NCBI RefSeq assembly: GCF_014280175.1
Contig: NZ_CP047931.1
Span: 1,710,001 to 1,742,000 of the forward strand
Direction: 5' to 3'
Source: Synechococcus sp. A15-28
GTDB taxonomy: Bacteria; Cyanobacteriota; Cyanobacteriia; PCC-6307; Cyanobiaceae
DNA length: 32,000 nt
Each line of letters begins with the position of its first letter. The stretch's first letter is position 1. Below are positions 17,473 to 27,066 of the stretch, piece after piece. The notes below the pieces were generated by a model. It ran no database searches, was not told where the DNA came from, and worked only from the letters and a program-made list of their open reading frames with translations. The position numbers and the translations under genes are program-made.

Positions 17473-17637
17473 TCAGCGCTCCATCAGGTTGTAGGCCCCG
17501 TTGGAGTCGTCGTCCTCCTTACAGACTTCCTGGCCGGACACCGTCTGATTGGTCTGGCACTCAGCACGGCTGAGCGGAGGGACACCCAGGGCAATGATCA
17601 GCAGGATCAAGGCCACCGACAGCGGGTTGTTCAACAC
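17473..17637 (-). CDS. Possible small exported Cys-containing peptide
   Basis: Tail of ORF 17473..17790. The GTG at 17637 lies 22 nt after the mutS2 stop. It gives MLNNPLSVALILLIIALGVPPLSRAECQTNQTVSGQEVCKEDDDSNGAYNLMER, signal-like with 2 Cys. No homology recognised. Confidence 0.3.
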   Translation of the reverse strand: MLNNPLSVALILLIIALGVPPLSRAECQTNQTVSGQEVCKEDDDSNGAYNLMER

Positions 17638-17659
17638 GGCTGCTCGACAGAAGTCGCCC

Positions 17660-20098
17660 TCAACGTACCCACACCACACTGCAACCGACTCCGCCATCCC
17701 CCTGCTCCGCGTCGGTGACACGCTCGACGTAGGGAACCGTCTCCAGCCAGGCCCGCAGACCCCGCTTGAGCTTGCCGGTTCCAATGCCATGGATCACCCA
17801 CACCGGTCCCGTGGCCCCTCGCAGCTGTACCTCCACAGCGGCCTCCGCCTCGTGCACACGCATGCCGCGCACATCGAGCGTGTTCCGGCTGGTGCGCACC
17901 TGGGCCCCGGATCCGGGATTGGTCCGAGCCTTCACCTTCACCACCGGTTGGGGCGGCGGCTCCGGTTTGCGGCCATCCAGGCTTTCCACTCCCGAGAGCT
18001 CCACCGTGCTGCGCATCACGCCGCAGCGCACGGTGAGCTGACTGCCGTCGTCCGAAATCGCCAGCACCTCCGCCGCCTTGCCAAGGGCCAGAAGCCTGAT
18101 TCGCTCCCCTGGCACAGGTCGCCATCCCGGCAGGGGCTGGCGGCGCTCTTGTTCGGGGCGGTAACGGTTCTCCAGCCTGCGCAGGCGCTGTCCTGCCTGA
18201 CGTGCTGTTTCGCCATCAGCGCGGTCATCCCTCAGGCGCCGGATCAGGGATCTCACCTCCTTCTGCCCATCCCGGATCGAGCGTTCCAGCCGTTGGCGCC
18301 CCTGCTCCTGTCGCTCGGCCGACTGCTGTTTCTGTTTCTGCCATCGCTGGAGCAGTTCGTCGTGGAGCAGCTCCGTGCGGGCCAGCAGAGCTGCGGCATC
18401 CTCCGCCGCCGCCTGCTGACGCTGCCGCTGTTCCTCCAGACCACGAATCACGCTGTTCACCTCACCATCGGCCGCGGGTGCCAGCAACTGGCGTGCCTCG
18501 TCCAGCACGGCGGCATCAAGACCGAGCCGGCTGGCAATCGCCAGGGCATTGCTGCGACCAGGGATTCCCCAGAGCAGCTCATAGGTGGGGGACAGGGTCT
18601 CAGGGTTGAAGGCCACCGAGGCGTTCTCAAAGCGGGGATCGTTGTATTTGAGCGCCTTGAGTTCGCCGAAATGCGTGGTGGCGATGGTGAGCCGAGCACG
18701 ATCGGCCAGAGCCTTGAGCAGAGAGCTCGCCAGGGCCGTGCCCTCACTGGGGTCGGTCCCGGCCCCCACCTCATCGAGCAGCACCAGGGCTGGCGCGGGA
18801 CCGGACTGCAGCGCCTCCAGAATCCGCCCGATCCGCTTGATGTGACCGCTGAAGGTGGACAGGCTCTGTTGCAAAGACTGTTCATCGCCGATGTCCGCCA
18901 GCACCTGGGCACACCAGGGAAGAGTCGGCATCCCGGCACAGGGCAGCAGCAACCCCGCCCGGGCCATCAAGGACGCCAGACCGATGCTTTTGAGGGTCAC
19001 CGTTTTGCCGCCGGTGTTCGGACCGGTGATCGCCACCACCCGCAGGTCAGCGGACACCTCCATGGAGATCGGCACCACCGCGGGCCCGCCTGAACGCTTG
19101 TGCTGCCAGACCAGCAACGGATGCCGCAGGGTCTCAAAACGGAAGGGTGCTTGTGGGGAGGCCTCCAGGCGTGGAGCGGTACCGCCGAGGAAGCGGCCGT
19201 AACGGCCTCGGGCCAGGGCCAGATCCAGCTGCAGAAGGATCCTCACCAGTTGTGTGAGCACCGGGTGGTCCTCCGCCACGAGTGCGCTGAGCTCGCTCAG
19301 CACCTTGCGCTCCTCCTCCCGTATCCGCCCCTCCAGATCGGTCAGTCGATTGCCGATGCTGAGCACGGAACGGGGTTCAACGAACACCGTGCTGCCTGAG
19401 GCCGAACTGTCATGGACCTGACCTGGCACCTGTGCGACGGCACCAGCTTTGACAGCCAGCACCGGGCGTCCATGGCGTTGGGCAATCACGCTGTCCTGCA
19501 GGAAGGGAGCCAGACGTCGCAGCAGCTCCTGCAGCTTGTCGCGGCGGTCCTGGCGCAGGCCCTGCCATTGCTGACGCAATCCCGCCAGGGGGGCACTGGC
19601 CCGGTCGGCAATGCGACCGCCCTCCTCGATCGCGAACTTCAGCCGCTGCTCCAGCTCCGGCAAGGTCACCATCGTGTCGATCAGCGCCGAGCAGACGGGC
19701 CTGATGTCAGGCTCATCGATCTGACGGCGCAGGCGACGGGCTGCGGCCAGGGTCTCAGCCACCGCCAGCAGTTCCTCTCCCGAGGCCACGCCTCCTTTGC
19801 TGCAGCGCAGCAGCATGGGCGTCAGATCTCGGACCCCGCGAAAACTAATGCCGCCTTCGGTCAGGTCATCGAGCACCGCCATCTCCACGGTCTCCGTTTG
19901 CCGCTGCTTGCTTGCTTCAAGGCTGTCAGGCAGCACAAGCGAGCGAGCCGCATCACGACCCATACCGGTGGAGGCGAAGCTCGCCAGGTGGTCACAGACC
20001 CTGGGCCACTCGAGCAGCTCCAGGGTTTCCTGAACAGCCTGTTCGTTCCCCGTCGTGGGGTCAGCGACAGTTGGAGGGAATGCCACCGGGGGGTTCAT
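17660..20098 (-). CDS. mutS2: Endonuclease MutS2 (MutS domain plus C-terminal Smr)
   Basis: ETLELLEWPRVCDHLASFA N-terminus, Walker A GPNTGGKT, DEVGAGTDP. Smr domain LDVRGMRVHEAEAAVE...VWVIHGIGTGKLKRGLRAWL. The ORF extends to 20182; the ATG at 20098 (MNPPVAF) fits family length. It overlaps the VOC gene 3' end by 38 nt. Confidence 0.88.
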   Translation of the reverse strand: MNPPVAFPPTVADPTTGNEQAVQETLELLEWPRVCDHLASFASTGMGRDAARSLVLPDSLEASKQRQTETVEMAVLDDLTEGGISFRGVRDLTPMLLRCSKGGVASGEELLAVAETLAAARRLRRQIDEPDIRPVCSALIDTMVTLPELEQRLKFAIEEGGRIADRASAPLAGLRQQWQGLRQDRRDKLQELLRRLAPFLQDSVIAQRHGRPVLAVKAGAVAQVPGQVHDSSASGSTVFVEPRSVLSIGNRLTDLEGRIREEERKVLSELSALVAEDHPVLTQLVRILLQLDLALARGRYGRFLGGTAPRLEASPQAPFRFETLRHPLLVWQHKRSGGPAVVPISMEVSADLRVVAITGPNTGGKTVTLKSIGLASLMARAGLLLPCAGMPTLPWCAQVLADIGDEQSLQQSLSTFSGHIKRIGRILEALQSGPAPALVLLDEVGAGTDPSEGTALASSLLKALADRARLTIATTHFGELKALKYNDPRFENASVAFNPETLSPTYELLWGIPGRSNALAIASRLGLDAAVLDEARQLLAPAADGEVNSVIRGLEEQRQRQQAAAEDAAALLARTELLHDELLQRWQKQKQQSAERQEQGRQRLERSIRDGQKEVRSLIRRLRDDRADGETARQAGQRLRRLENRYRPEQERRQPLPGWRPVPGERIRLLALGKAAEVLAISDDGSQLTVRCGVMRSTVELSGVESLDGRKPEPPPQPVVKVKARTNPGSGAQVRTSRNTLDVRGMRVHEAEAAVEVQLRGATGPVWVIHGIGTGKLKRGLRAWLETVPYVERVTDAEQGDGGVGCSVVWVR

Positions 20099-20441
20099 AG
20101 AGCATTTCCAGCCAATTGCCTTCGGGATCTTTGAGGTAAAAGGATGCGGTGCCGTCCCGGTGATCGTGCACAGCACCGACATGCACGCCCTCGGACTTCA
20201 AACGATCGTGCACGCGATCCACATCAGCACGGTCCTTGAAGTGAAAGGCGAAGTGGGGGCCGGCAGCCTTGTACCCCGGTCCGAGCAATGCCAGGCCGTC
20301 CCGGCCCTCACCAGCCTCCAGGTAGCACCAATCATCGGCTTTCCAGACGAGGTGCATCCCGAGGCCCTCGTAAAACGCGACGGCTCGGGCCACATCCTGG
20401 ACGCGGATGGCGACGTGACCAAGACGATCAACCGTTGTCAT
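20061..20441 (-). CDS. VOC (glyoxalase/bleomycin-resistance/dioxygenase) family protein
   Basis: LGHVAIRVQDVARAVAFYEGLGM ... FYLKDPEGNWLEM. The ATG at 20441 (MTTVDRLGHV) avoids overlap with hemB; the track ORF extends to 20522. Confidence 0.75.
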   Translation of the reverse strand: MTTVDRLGHVAIRVQDVARAVAFYEGLGMHLVWKADDWCYLEAGEGRDGLALLGPGYKAAGPHFAFHFKDRADVDRVHDRLKSEGVHVGAVHDHRDGTASFYLKDPEGNWLEMLYEPPGGIPSNCR

Positions 20442-20490
20442 CTGCAGCCGGCGACAGTGTGCATTCTGAAGTGTTGAACGGCCGGATCGC

Positions 20491-21492
20491 TCAGCCCTGG
20501 CGCAGCCATTCAGCAGCATCACAGGCGTGATACGTGAGGATCAGATCAGCACCAGCCCGCTTGAAGCTCAGCAGCGTTTCCAGCACCACGGCCCGCTCAT
20601 CGATCCAACCGCGTTCAGCAGCAGCTTTCACCATCGAATACTCACCACTCACGTTGTAAGCGGCGATCGGCAGCTCCGTCTCCTCGCGCAGACGATGAAT
20701 GATGTCCAGGTAGGCCAAACCTGGCTTCACCATCATGATGTCGGCGCCTTCCTGCTCATCCAGCTGGGCTTCGGTGATGGCTTCCCGGGCATTGGCGGGA
20801 TCCATCTGATAGGTGTCTTTGTTGGTGGGAATCGGCTTGCTGCCCGCCGCACGGGGGGCTGAATCCAAAGCTTCACGGAATGGCCCGTAGTAAGCCGAGG
20901 AGTACTTGGCGGTGTAACTGATGATGCCGACGTGCTCGAAGCCTTCGTCGTCCAGGGCTTCACGGATGGCCCCAACACGGCCGTCCATCATGTCGCTGGG
21001 GCCGATCAGATCGGCACCGGCTTCGGCCTGAACCACAGCCTGTTTGCAGAGCAACTCGATCGTTTCATCATTGAGCACGACTCCCTCAGAGCTGACGATG
21101 CCGTCGTGGCCATCACAGGAATAGGGGTCCAGCGCCACGTCGGTCATGATCGCCATCTCGGGGATGGCTTCCTTGATCTGGCGGATGGCTCTGGGAATCA
21201 GGCCATTGGGGTTGAAGCACTCAGCGCCATCCTCAGTTTTCAGGCCTTCAGCGACCTTGGGGAAAAGGACGATGCAACGCACCCCAAGGTCCCAGGCGCG
21301 CTGAACTTCCCCGGTCAGGGCCGCCAGGCTCCAGCGGCTTGCCCCTGGCATGGCACCAATGGGTTCCACATCCGCACCCTCCTGGACGAATAACGGATAG
21401 ATGAAATCAGCTGCAGACAGATGATGCTCACGCACCATGGCGCGTAGGGCGGGCGTACGCCGCAGACGTCGGGGGCGGTAGGTGAGCTCCAT
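20491..21492 (-). CDS. hemB: Porphobilinogen synthase (delta-aminolevulinate dehydratase), Mg-type
   Basis: RPRRLRRTPALRAMVRE, aspartate-rich metal site TDVALDPYSCDGHDGIV (not the Cys-rich Zn type), active-site lysine region MVKPGLAYLDI. Confidence 0.95.
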   Translation of the reverse strand: MELTYRPRRLRRTPALRAMVREHHLSAADFIYPLFVQEGADVEPIGAMPGASRWSLAALTGEVQRAWDLGVRCIVLFPKVAEGLKTEDGAECFNPNGLIPRAIRQIKEAIPEMAIMTDVALDPYSCDGHDGIVSSEGVVLNDETIELLCKQAVVQAEAGADLIGPSDMMDGRVGAIREALDDEGFEHVGIISYTAKYSSAYYGPFREALDSAPRAAGSKPIPTNKDTYQMDPANAREAITEAQLDEQEGADIMMVKPGLAYLDIIHRLREETELPIAAYNVSGEYSMVKAAAERGWIDERAVVLETLLSFKRAGADLILTYHACDAAEWLRQG

Positions 21493-21531
21493 CGGGATCT
21501 TGATCCAGGCGGAGATCGTACGGCTGAAGCC

Positions 21532-22503
21532 TCAGAAAGCTGCAGAGCGCAACCAGTCGTGACGTGGATTCTCGGAGCGTTGCTCACGCAACTTGTTGAG
21601 CAACGCTTGTTCCTCTGCACTCCAAGTGGAGGGCATCCTCAGGGCAAGCGTCAACAACAGATCCCCGCGCCGTCCTTTCAGCGGCCAGCCCTTTTCTTTC
21701 AGGCGCAGGCTGCGGCCGGGAGCCGTCCCAGCGGGAATGGCAACCTGTGCTTCGCCATCGGGGGTCATCACCGTGACGGTGGCCCCAAGGGCCAGCTCAT
21801 CAATGCTGACGGGAAGATCCGCCTGGAGTTGATCTCCATCCAGCCTCCAGACCGGATGCTCCTTCACGTTGAGGTTGAGATAGAGATCCCCTCGGCGGCC
21901 GGTTCCCGGCTGCAGATTGCCCTTCCCTTTCAGCCGCAGGCGCGAGCCGTTCTTCACCCCAGCAGGAATGCGCACCTGCACCCGTTCGTTGTTAACGGAG
22001 AGAGCACGTTCACCACCTCGGAACGCCTCAGCAAACGAAACGCTCACGGAGGCTTCCGCGTCCAGATTCACTGGGTTGCGGGGGGAGGCATTACCCCGTG
22101 GAAAGCCACTGCCTGCAAAACCACCACCGGGGAAACCACTGCCCTGAAAGCCGCCACCGGCGCCGGGTCCGCCGAAACGGCCGAGCAGATCATTAATGAA
22201 ATCGTCAAAATTTCCGTACCGACCGAAGTCCACATCCATACCAGGCCCCGCAGCCCCTGAAGCTCCGGCCTGGTTCCAGTACTGACCGAATTGTTCGTAA
22301 CGACGACGCTTTTCGGGATCAGACAACACCTCATAGGCCTCACTGATCTCTTTGAAGCGTGCTTCAGCGCTGGCATCTCCCGGGTTCACATCCGGGTGGT
22401 ACTGACGGGCAAGTTTGCGGAAGGCGCGCTTCACCGCGTCGCTATCGGCACTGCGGTCGACCCCCAGCACCTGGAAATAATCCTTGTAACCGCTTCCCGC
22501 CAT
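21532..22503 (-). CDS. DnaJ-family co-chaperone, type II/CbpA-like (no zinc finger)
   Basis: J-domain DYFQVLGVDRSADSDAVKRAFRKLARQYHPDVNPGD, a G/F-rich linker, two C-terminal beta domains, and no CxxCxGxG repeats. Confidence 0.88.
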   Translation of the reverse strand: MAGSGYKDYFQVLGVDRSADSDAVKRAFRKLARQYHPDVNPGDASAEARFKEISEAYEVLSDPEKRRRYEQFGQYWNQAGASGAAGPGMDVDFGRYGNFDDFINDLLGRFGGPGAGGGFQGSGFPGGGFAGSGFPRGNASPRNPVNLDAEASVSVSFAEAFRGGERALSVNNERVQVRIPAGVKNGSRLRLKGKGNLQPGTGRRGDLYLNLNVKEHPVWRLDGDQLQADLPVSIDELALGATVTVMTPDGEAQVAIPAGTAPGRSLRLKEKGWPLKGRRGDLLLTLALRMPSTWSAEEQALLNKLREQRSENPRHDWLRSAAF

Positions 22504-22619
22504 GGTTTTTGAGACCTAATGACCAGTCTCTCAAGCAACAGTTCATCCGTGTGGGTTCCCCATGGAGGGAAGCCCGAACGGGATGCCAGCACTAGCGTTT
22601 TCATAAGTCATCTCGAAGA

Positions 22620-23027
22620 ATGATGCGGTGGAGCCTGGCGGGCGGAGTTGCAGCTCTCGGACTCCATTTCGGTGTCCTCAGCTCACCGGTGATCGCCCAG
22701 CAATGGACCGGCAACATCAAGCAGCCGCAACAGGCTTCAACCACCCAGGCCCTCAACCTTTCTGAGCATCTGAGCAGAATCGGGGCCAGGTTTTACGGGG
22801 CCTGGACCTGCCCCGCCTGTGTTCGCCAGATGGAGCTCTTTGGCAAGCAAGCGGCTGTTCTGGTTCCTTATGTGGAGTGCAGGATGCCGGAACAACGTCC
22901 GAAGGAAGCAGCTGCCTGCCGCGAGGCGGAGGTACGGGCCTATCCCACCTGGTTGTTGCCCAGCGGACAACGGCGCGAGGGGGTTCAGTCGATCAGCGAA
23001 CTGAGCCGTTGGAGCGGTCTCGACTGA
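22620..23027 (+). CDS. Exported thioredoxin-like protein related to the Trx-like domain of cyanobacterial VKOR
   Basis: Signal/anchor segment, then LSRIGARFYGAWTCPACVRQMELFGKQ...VPYVECR...C...AYPTW. By recall this closely parallels the Trx-like C-terminal domain fused to cyanobacterial VKOR homologues (YGAYWCPHC..ELFG..YVEC..YPTW). Confidence 0.7.
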   Translation: MMRWSLAGGVAALGLHFGVLSSPVIAQQWTGNIKQPQQASTTQALNLSEHLSRIGARFYGAWTCPACVRQMELFGKQAAVLVPYVECRMPEQRPKEAAACREAEVRAYPTWLLPSGQRREGVQSISELSRWSGLD

Positions 23028-23030
23028 ACC

Positions 23031-24710
23031 ATGGCACTGATTCACGGCTTGCACACCCGCAATCTGCGAGGGGATTTACTGGGGGGACTGACCGCAGCCG
23101 TGGTGGCCTTGCCTCTGGCCCTCGCTTTCGGCAATGCGGCTCTAGGGCCAGGTGGAGCCATCTACGGCCTTTACGGTGCAATCGTCACGGGATTTGTGGC
23201 AGCCCTGCTCGGGGGGACGCCTGCCCAGGTGAGCGGGCCGACAGGTCCGATGAGCGTCACGGTGGCTGGGGTGGTCTCCAGCCTGGCCGCCGTTGGTGTT
23301 TCTTCAGACCTCTCGGCCGGAGAAATGTTGCCGTTGGTCATGGCTTCAGTCGCGATCGGCGGCATCTTCGAGGCACTGCTGGGAGTGCTTCGTCTGGGGC
23401 GCTTCATCACCCTGGTGCCCTATTCGGTGGTTTCGGGATTCATGTCCGGCATCGGCTTCATCATCCTGATCCTGCAAATCGGCCCCTTCATCGGTGTAAC
23501 CACAACAGGAGGAGTCGTCGGCTGTCTGACCACAATGGCTGAGTTGCCATTGCCAAACCTTGCGGCGTTGAGCATCGGCGTCATGACCCTTGCGGTGGTC
23601 TTCCTGACACCGGCACGGATCCGTCAATGGGTCCCATCCCCACTGTTGGCCCTGCTGATCGTGACTCCGTTGTCGCTGTTGCTGTTCAACGACGACCGGT
23701 TGCAGTCGTTGGGATTGGAACCGCTGAACCGCATCGGCGCCATTCCTGAAGGAGGGCTCCGATTCGTGATGCCGAACTTCAGTCAACATCTGCCGGAACT
23801 GATCAAGGCCGGTCTGGTGCTGGCATTGCTTGGAGCGATCGACTCGTTGTTGACTTCGCTGGTGGCCGACAACATCACCCAGACAAACCATGACTCCAAC
23901 CGAGAGCTGATCGGTCAGGGAATCGCGAACACCCTCTCAGGACTGCTTTCGGGCCTTCCCGGTGCTGGAGCCACGATGCGAACAGTCATCAACATCAAAT
24001 CAGGAGGAGCGACGCCTCTTTCCGGCATGACGCACTCCCTGGTGTTGTTGCTGGTGCTTCTTGGGGCAGGGGCATTCGCCGCCGAGATCCCGACAGCACT
24101 GCTGGCAGGAATTCTGATCAAGGTGGGGCTCGACATCATCGACTGGGGCTTTCTGCTCAGGGCCCATCGCCTTTCAGTCAAAACGGCTGCCCTGATGTAC
24201 GCCGTGATGTTGATGACCGTCTTCTGGGATCTGATCTGGGGGGTGTTGGTGGGAATGTTCGTCGCCAATCTGCTGACGGTGGATGCCATCACGCAGACCC
24301 AGCTGCAAGGGATGGACGAGGACAACCCTCACAAGGGGGACAAGCTCCAGATCGAAAACCTCAGTGAACAGGAGCGGAGGCTGATGGAGTGCTGTGGTGG
24401 GCAACTGATGTTGTTTCGGTTGCGAGGTCCACTGAGCTTTGGTGCCGCCAAGGGGATCAGCGCTCGCATGGGGCTTGTGAGCAACTATCAGGTACTCATC
24501 CTGGACATCACGGACGTGCCACGGATGGGCGTTACCGCAGCTCTGGCCATCGAACGGATGGTTCAGGAAGCCCAAATGCTCGGACGCGTGGCCTTTGTCG
24601 CGGGCGCAAACCAACGTCTGAAGAAACGCTTGGGGCGCTTTGGCGTCACCGGCGTAGTGACGGACAGGCTGGATGCACTTCAACGGGCCAGGGACCACCT
24701 GCAAGAGTAA
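23031..24710 (+). CDS. SulP-family anion transporter with C-terminal STAS domain (BicA-like)
   Basis: N-terminus RNLRGDLLGGLTAAVVALPLALAFG. SulP core SGFMSGIGFIILILQ and LTSLVADNITQTNHDSNRELIGQGIAN. STAS tail (LMLFRLRGPLSFGAAKG...ILDITDVPRMGVTAALAI). By recall it resembles the Synechococcus PCC 7002 BicA bicarbonate transporter. The substrate cannot be decided from sequence. Confidence 0.88.
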   Translation: MALIHGLHTRNLRGDLLGGLTAAVVALPLALAFGNAALGPGGAIYGLYGAIVTGFVAALLGGTPAQVSGPTGPMSVTVAGVVSSLAAVGVSSDLSAGEMLPLVMASVAIGGIFEALLGVLRLGRFITLVPYSVVSGFMSGIGFIILILQIGPFIGVTTTGGVVGCLTTMAELPLPNLAALSIGVMTLAVVFLTPARIRQWVPSPLLALLIVTPLSLLLFNDDRLQSLGLEPLNRIGAIPEGGLRFVMPNFSQHLPELIKAGLVLALLGAIDSLLTSLVADNITQTNHDSNRELIGQGIANTLSGLLSGLPGAGATMRTVINIKSGGATPLSGMTHSLVLLLVLLGAGAFAAEIPTALLAGILIKVGLDIIDWGFLLRAHRLSVKTAALMYAVMLMTVFWDLIWGVLVGMFVANLLTVDAITQTQLQGMDEDNPHKGDKLQIENLSEQERRLMECCGGQLMLFRLRGPLSFGAAKGISARMGLVSNYQVLILDITDVPRMGVTAALAIERMVQEAQMLGRVAFVAGANQRLKKRLGRFGVTGVVTDRLDALQRARDHLQE

Positions 24711-24892
24711 GCGATTCGCTACAGCCAAAGCAATTTTTGTCAAGCATTATCTGCAAGGGCTCACATCAAAAACCTGCTCGTCCTGAACACCCCAAACACT
24801 GCTAGAGAAGGAATGCTTGCGACGAACGCGTCGGCCAAGCCTTACGAAGTAAATCAATAATCCGCGGAACATTCTCTGCATCGATTCAACTC

Positions 24893-27066
24893 ATGACGAT
24901 CAGCGCACCTCCTGCACTCGCTTCACTACGAGGTAACCCGCTTGAGCCGCAAGGGACTCCCTTTCGTCGCTTCATAGGTTCTCCTCACCCCTTCGGGAGC
25001 ACAGTTGAATCTGAAGGAGTCAACTTCTCTCTTTACAGCAGCAGCGCAACAAGTGTTCAACTGCTGATCTTCACCAAACCAGACGATCTTGAGCCTTCAA
25101 AGGTCATCGATCTAGATAGAAACAATAATAGAAGCTTCAACATTTGGCATACCTTCATTGAGGGGGTGAAGCCGGGCATGGGTTATGCCTACCGCGTCGA
25201 CGGCCCTCGAGAGCCCTGGAACGGCAATCGTTTTGATCCCGACAAGGTTTTGGTGGATCCATATTCCAAGGGGAACAGTTTTGCGCGTTGGGATCGGGGA
25301 GCTGCCTGCACGCCCGGCGACAATCTGCACAAATCAATGCGCAGTGTTGTTATCGACACCAACAACTACGACTGGGAAGGGGACCAACCACTGAAAAAAC
25401 CAATGGCTGAGACCATTGTTTATGAGATGCACGTCGGTGGCTTCACAAAAAGCCCCACGAGTGGCGTTAAACATCCCGGAACTTATCTTGGCCTGATTGA
25501 GAAAATCCCCTATCTCAAGGAACTGGGAATAACGGCCGTTGAGCTGCTGCCTGTTTGCAGTTTCGACCACACCGATATCACCAAGGTCCACGAAGGACGC
25601 AAATTGGTGAATTACTGGGGCTACAGCACTATGGGATACTTTGCCCCCCATCAAGGATATTGCGTCAACCCAGACACAAGTCAACATATCAATGAATTCC
25701 GAGACATGGTAAAGGCCCTGCATCAAGCAGGAATCGAAGTCATCCTGGACGTTGTATACAACCACACAGACGAAGGCAATCATCAAGGTCCAACATTTAG
25801 CTTCAAAGGGATCGACAACTCTTCGTATTACTACCTCACTGGACCGGATGGATCTCGTGAGTTTTACTATGACTACACAGGTTGCGGAAACACCTTTAAC
25901 TGCAATCACCCTGTTGGAGAAAAACTGATCATCGACTCCCTTCGATTCTGGGTCGAAGAGATGCATGTTGACGGCTTCCGTTTTGATGAAGGGTCGGTGT
26001 TGAGTCGAGGGGAAGATGGAGTTCCACTGGAGCATCCTCCAGTCATCTGGGCGATTGAACTCGACGATTTGCTCGGTCAATCCAAAGTGATCGCTGAGGC
26101 TTGGGATGCTGCTGGCTTGTACCAAATCGGCTCCTTCCCTGGAGCTCGTTGGGCCGAGTGGAATGGAAAATACCGAGATTGCATCAGGAATTTCATCAAG
26201 GGGGAGCCAGGAATCATTGGAGAAGTTGCAGGACGAATCACAGGAAGTGCCGATCTGTATCAGGGTCGTCACCACGAACCAACGAACAGCGTCAACTTCG
26301 TTACTGCTCATGATGGCTTCACCTTGTATGACCTGACGGCGTACAAAGAAAAACACAACTGGGCAAACGGCGAGGGAAACAATGACGGAATTGACGACAA
26401 CGTCAGCTGGAATTGTGGCGCTGAGGGCGAAACAAACGATCAATGGATCAATGGATCAATGATCTTCGCAAACGCCAGGTCAAGAATTTCGCAACCATCC
26501 ACATGCTTTCAATCGGTGTTCCGATGATCGTTGCGGGAGATGAATTTATGCGCAGTCAGGGTGGCAATAACAACACTTATTGCCATGACAACGAAATCAA
26601 TTGGTTTGATTGGAACAAGATACAGCAGCCTGAACGACAAGAGATGATTCGATTCTGGTCCATGATCATGGACAAGAGAAGGAGATATATTGATCATTTC
26701 AAAGGTAAATATTTCGAAGGCAAGCAAAATCGGTTTGGCCTATATGACGTTTCTTGGCATGGCACCAAATTAAATAGTCCTGGCTGGGACGATCCCAATG
26801 CGCTGTGCCTTGGCATGACACTTGGAGATACAGCAGAAGACACAGACCAAACACTCAATATCCACGTCATGTTCAACATGTACTGGGACGGTGTCGAGTT
26901 CGAGATACCTCAGGCTTCTGACCTGAGGTGGTATCGAGCCATCGATACTGCCCTTCCAACACCAAATGACATCCAACCTCCTGAACAACAAGTTGCCATT
27001 GATGGCAACACATATCTCGTAACTGGAAGAAGTATTGTTGTTCTCGCTTCGCGAGAAACAAACTGA
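24893..27066 (+). pseudogene. glgX: Glycogen debranching enzyme / isoamylase (GH13, GlgX type) split by a +8-bp tandem repeat expansion
   Basis: ORFs 24893..26527 and 26443..27066 are the N- and C-terminal parts of one GlgX. GH13 regions are present: VILDVVYNHT, GFRFDEGSVL, AEAWD, FVTAHDGFTL, then LSIGVPMIVAGDEFMRSQGGNNNTYCHDN in the second ORF. Removing one 8-bp unit at 26438-26461 joins them (...ETNDQWINDLRKRQVKNF...) into 721 codons. Confidence 0.85.
26438..26461. repeat. Three perfect tandem copies of GATCAATG at the glgX frameshift site
   Basis: 26438-26445, 26446-26453 and 26454-26461 are all gatcaatg. Two copies would keep the frame; three shift it by +2. Confidence 0.95.

Noticed and set aside
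17549-19093. 514-aa ORF on the plus strand
   Set aside because: Antisense to mutS2. Arg/Pro/Gly/His-rich with no recognisable domain. A high-GC antisense artefact.
20061-20182. Extended N-termini of mutS2 (to 20182) and of the VOC gene (to 20522), giving long same-strand overlaps
   Set aside because: Internal ATGs at 20098 and 20441 match the family N-termini (…ETLELLEW about 25 aa in; MTTVDRLGHV). The extensions are most likely read-through of open frames in GC-rich DNA.
22877-23542. 221-aa plus-strand ORF overlapping the Trx-like and SulP genes in another frame
   Set aside because: Arg/Gly-rich out-of-frame shadow of two well-supported genes.
24815-24840. Small bulged hairpin (gcttg-cgacg-aacg-cgtcg-gc-caagc) upstream of glgX
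   Set aside because: It is short and imperfect, has no U-tract and no obvious regulatory context. It could be chance in a 180-bp spacer.
24711-24892. Search for a tRNA, integrase, attachment repeat or IS end at the left boundary of the low-GC block
   Set aside because: No tRNA-like T-loop or acceptor pattern, no recombinase ORF, and no terminal inverted repeats were seen. Mobility therefore remains unsupported within this window.
25334-26443. 369-aa ORF antisense to glgX in the lower-GC block
   Set aside because: It is notable because long antisense ORFs are less expected at about 45-50% GC. However, it has no recognisable motifs, and the sense strand carries all GH13 catalytic regions. The same applies to 27622..28470, antisense to the AGE-STAS gene. 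I treat both as codon-bias shadows.
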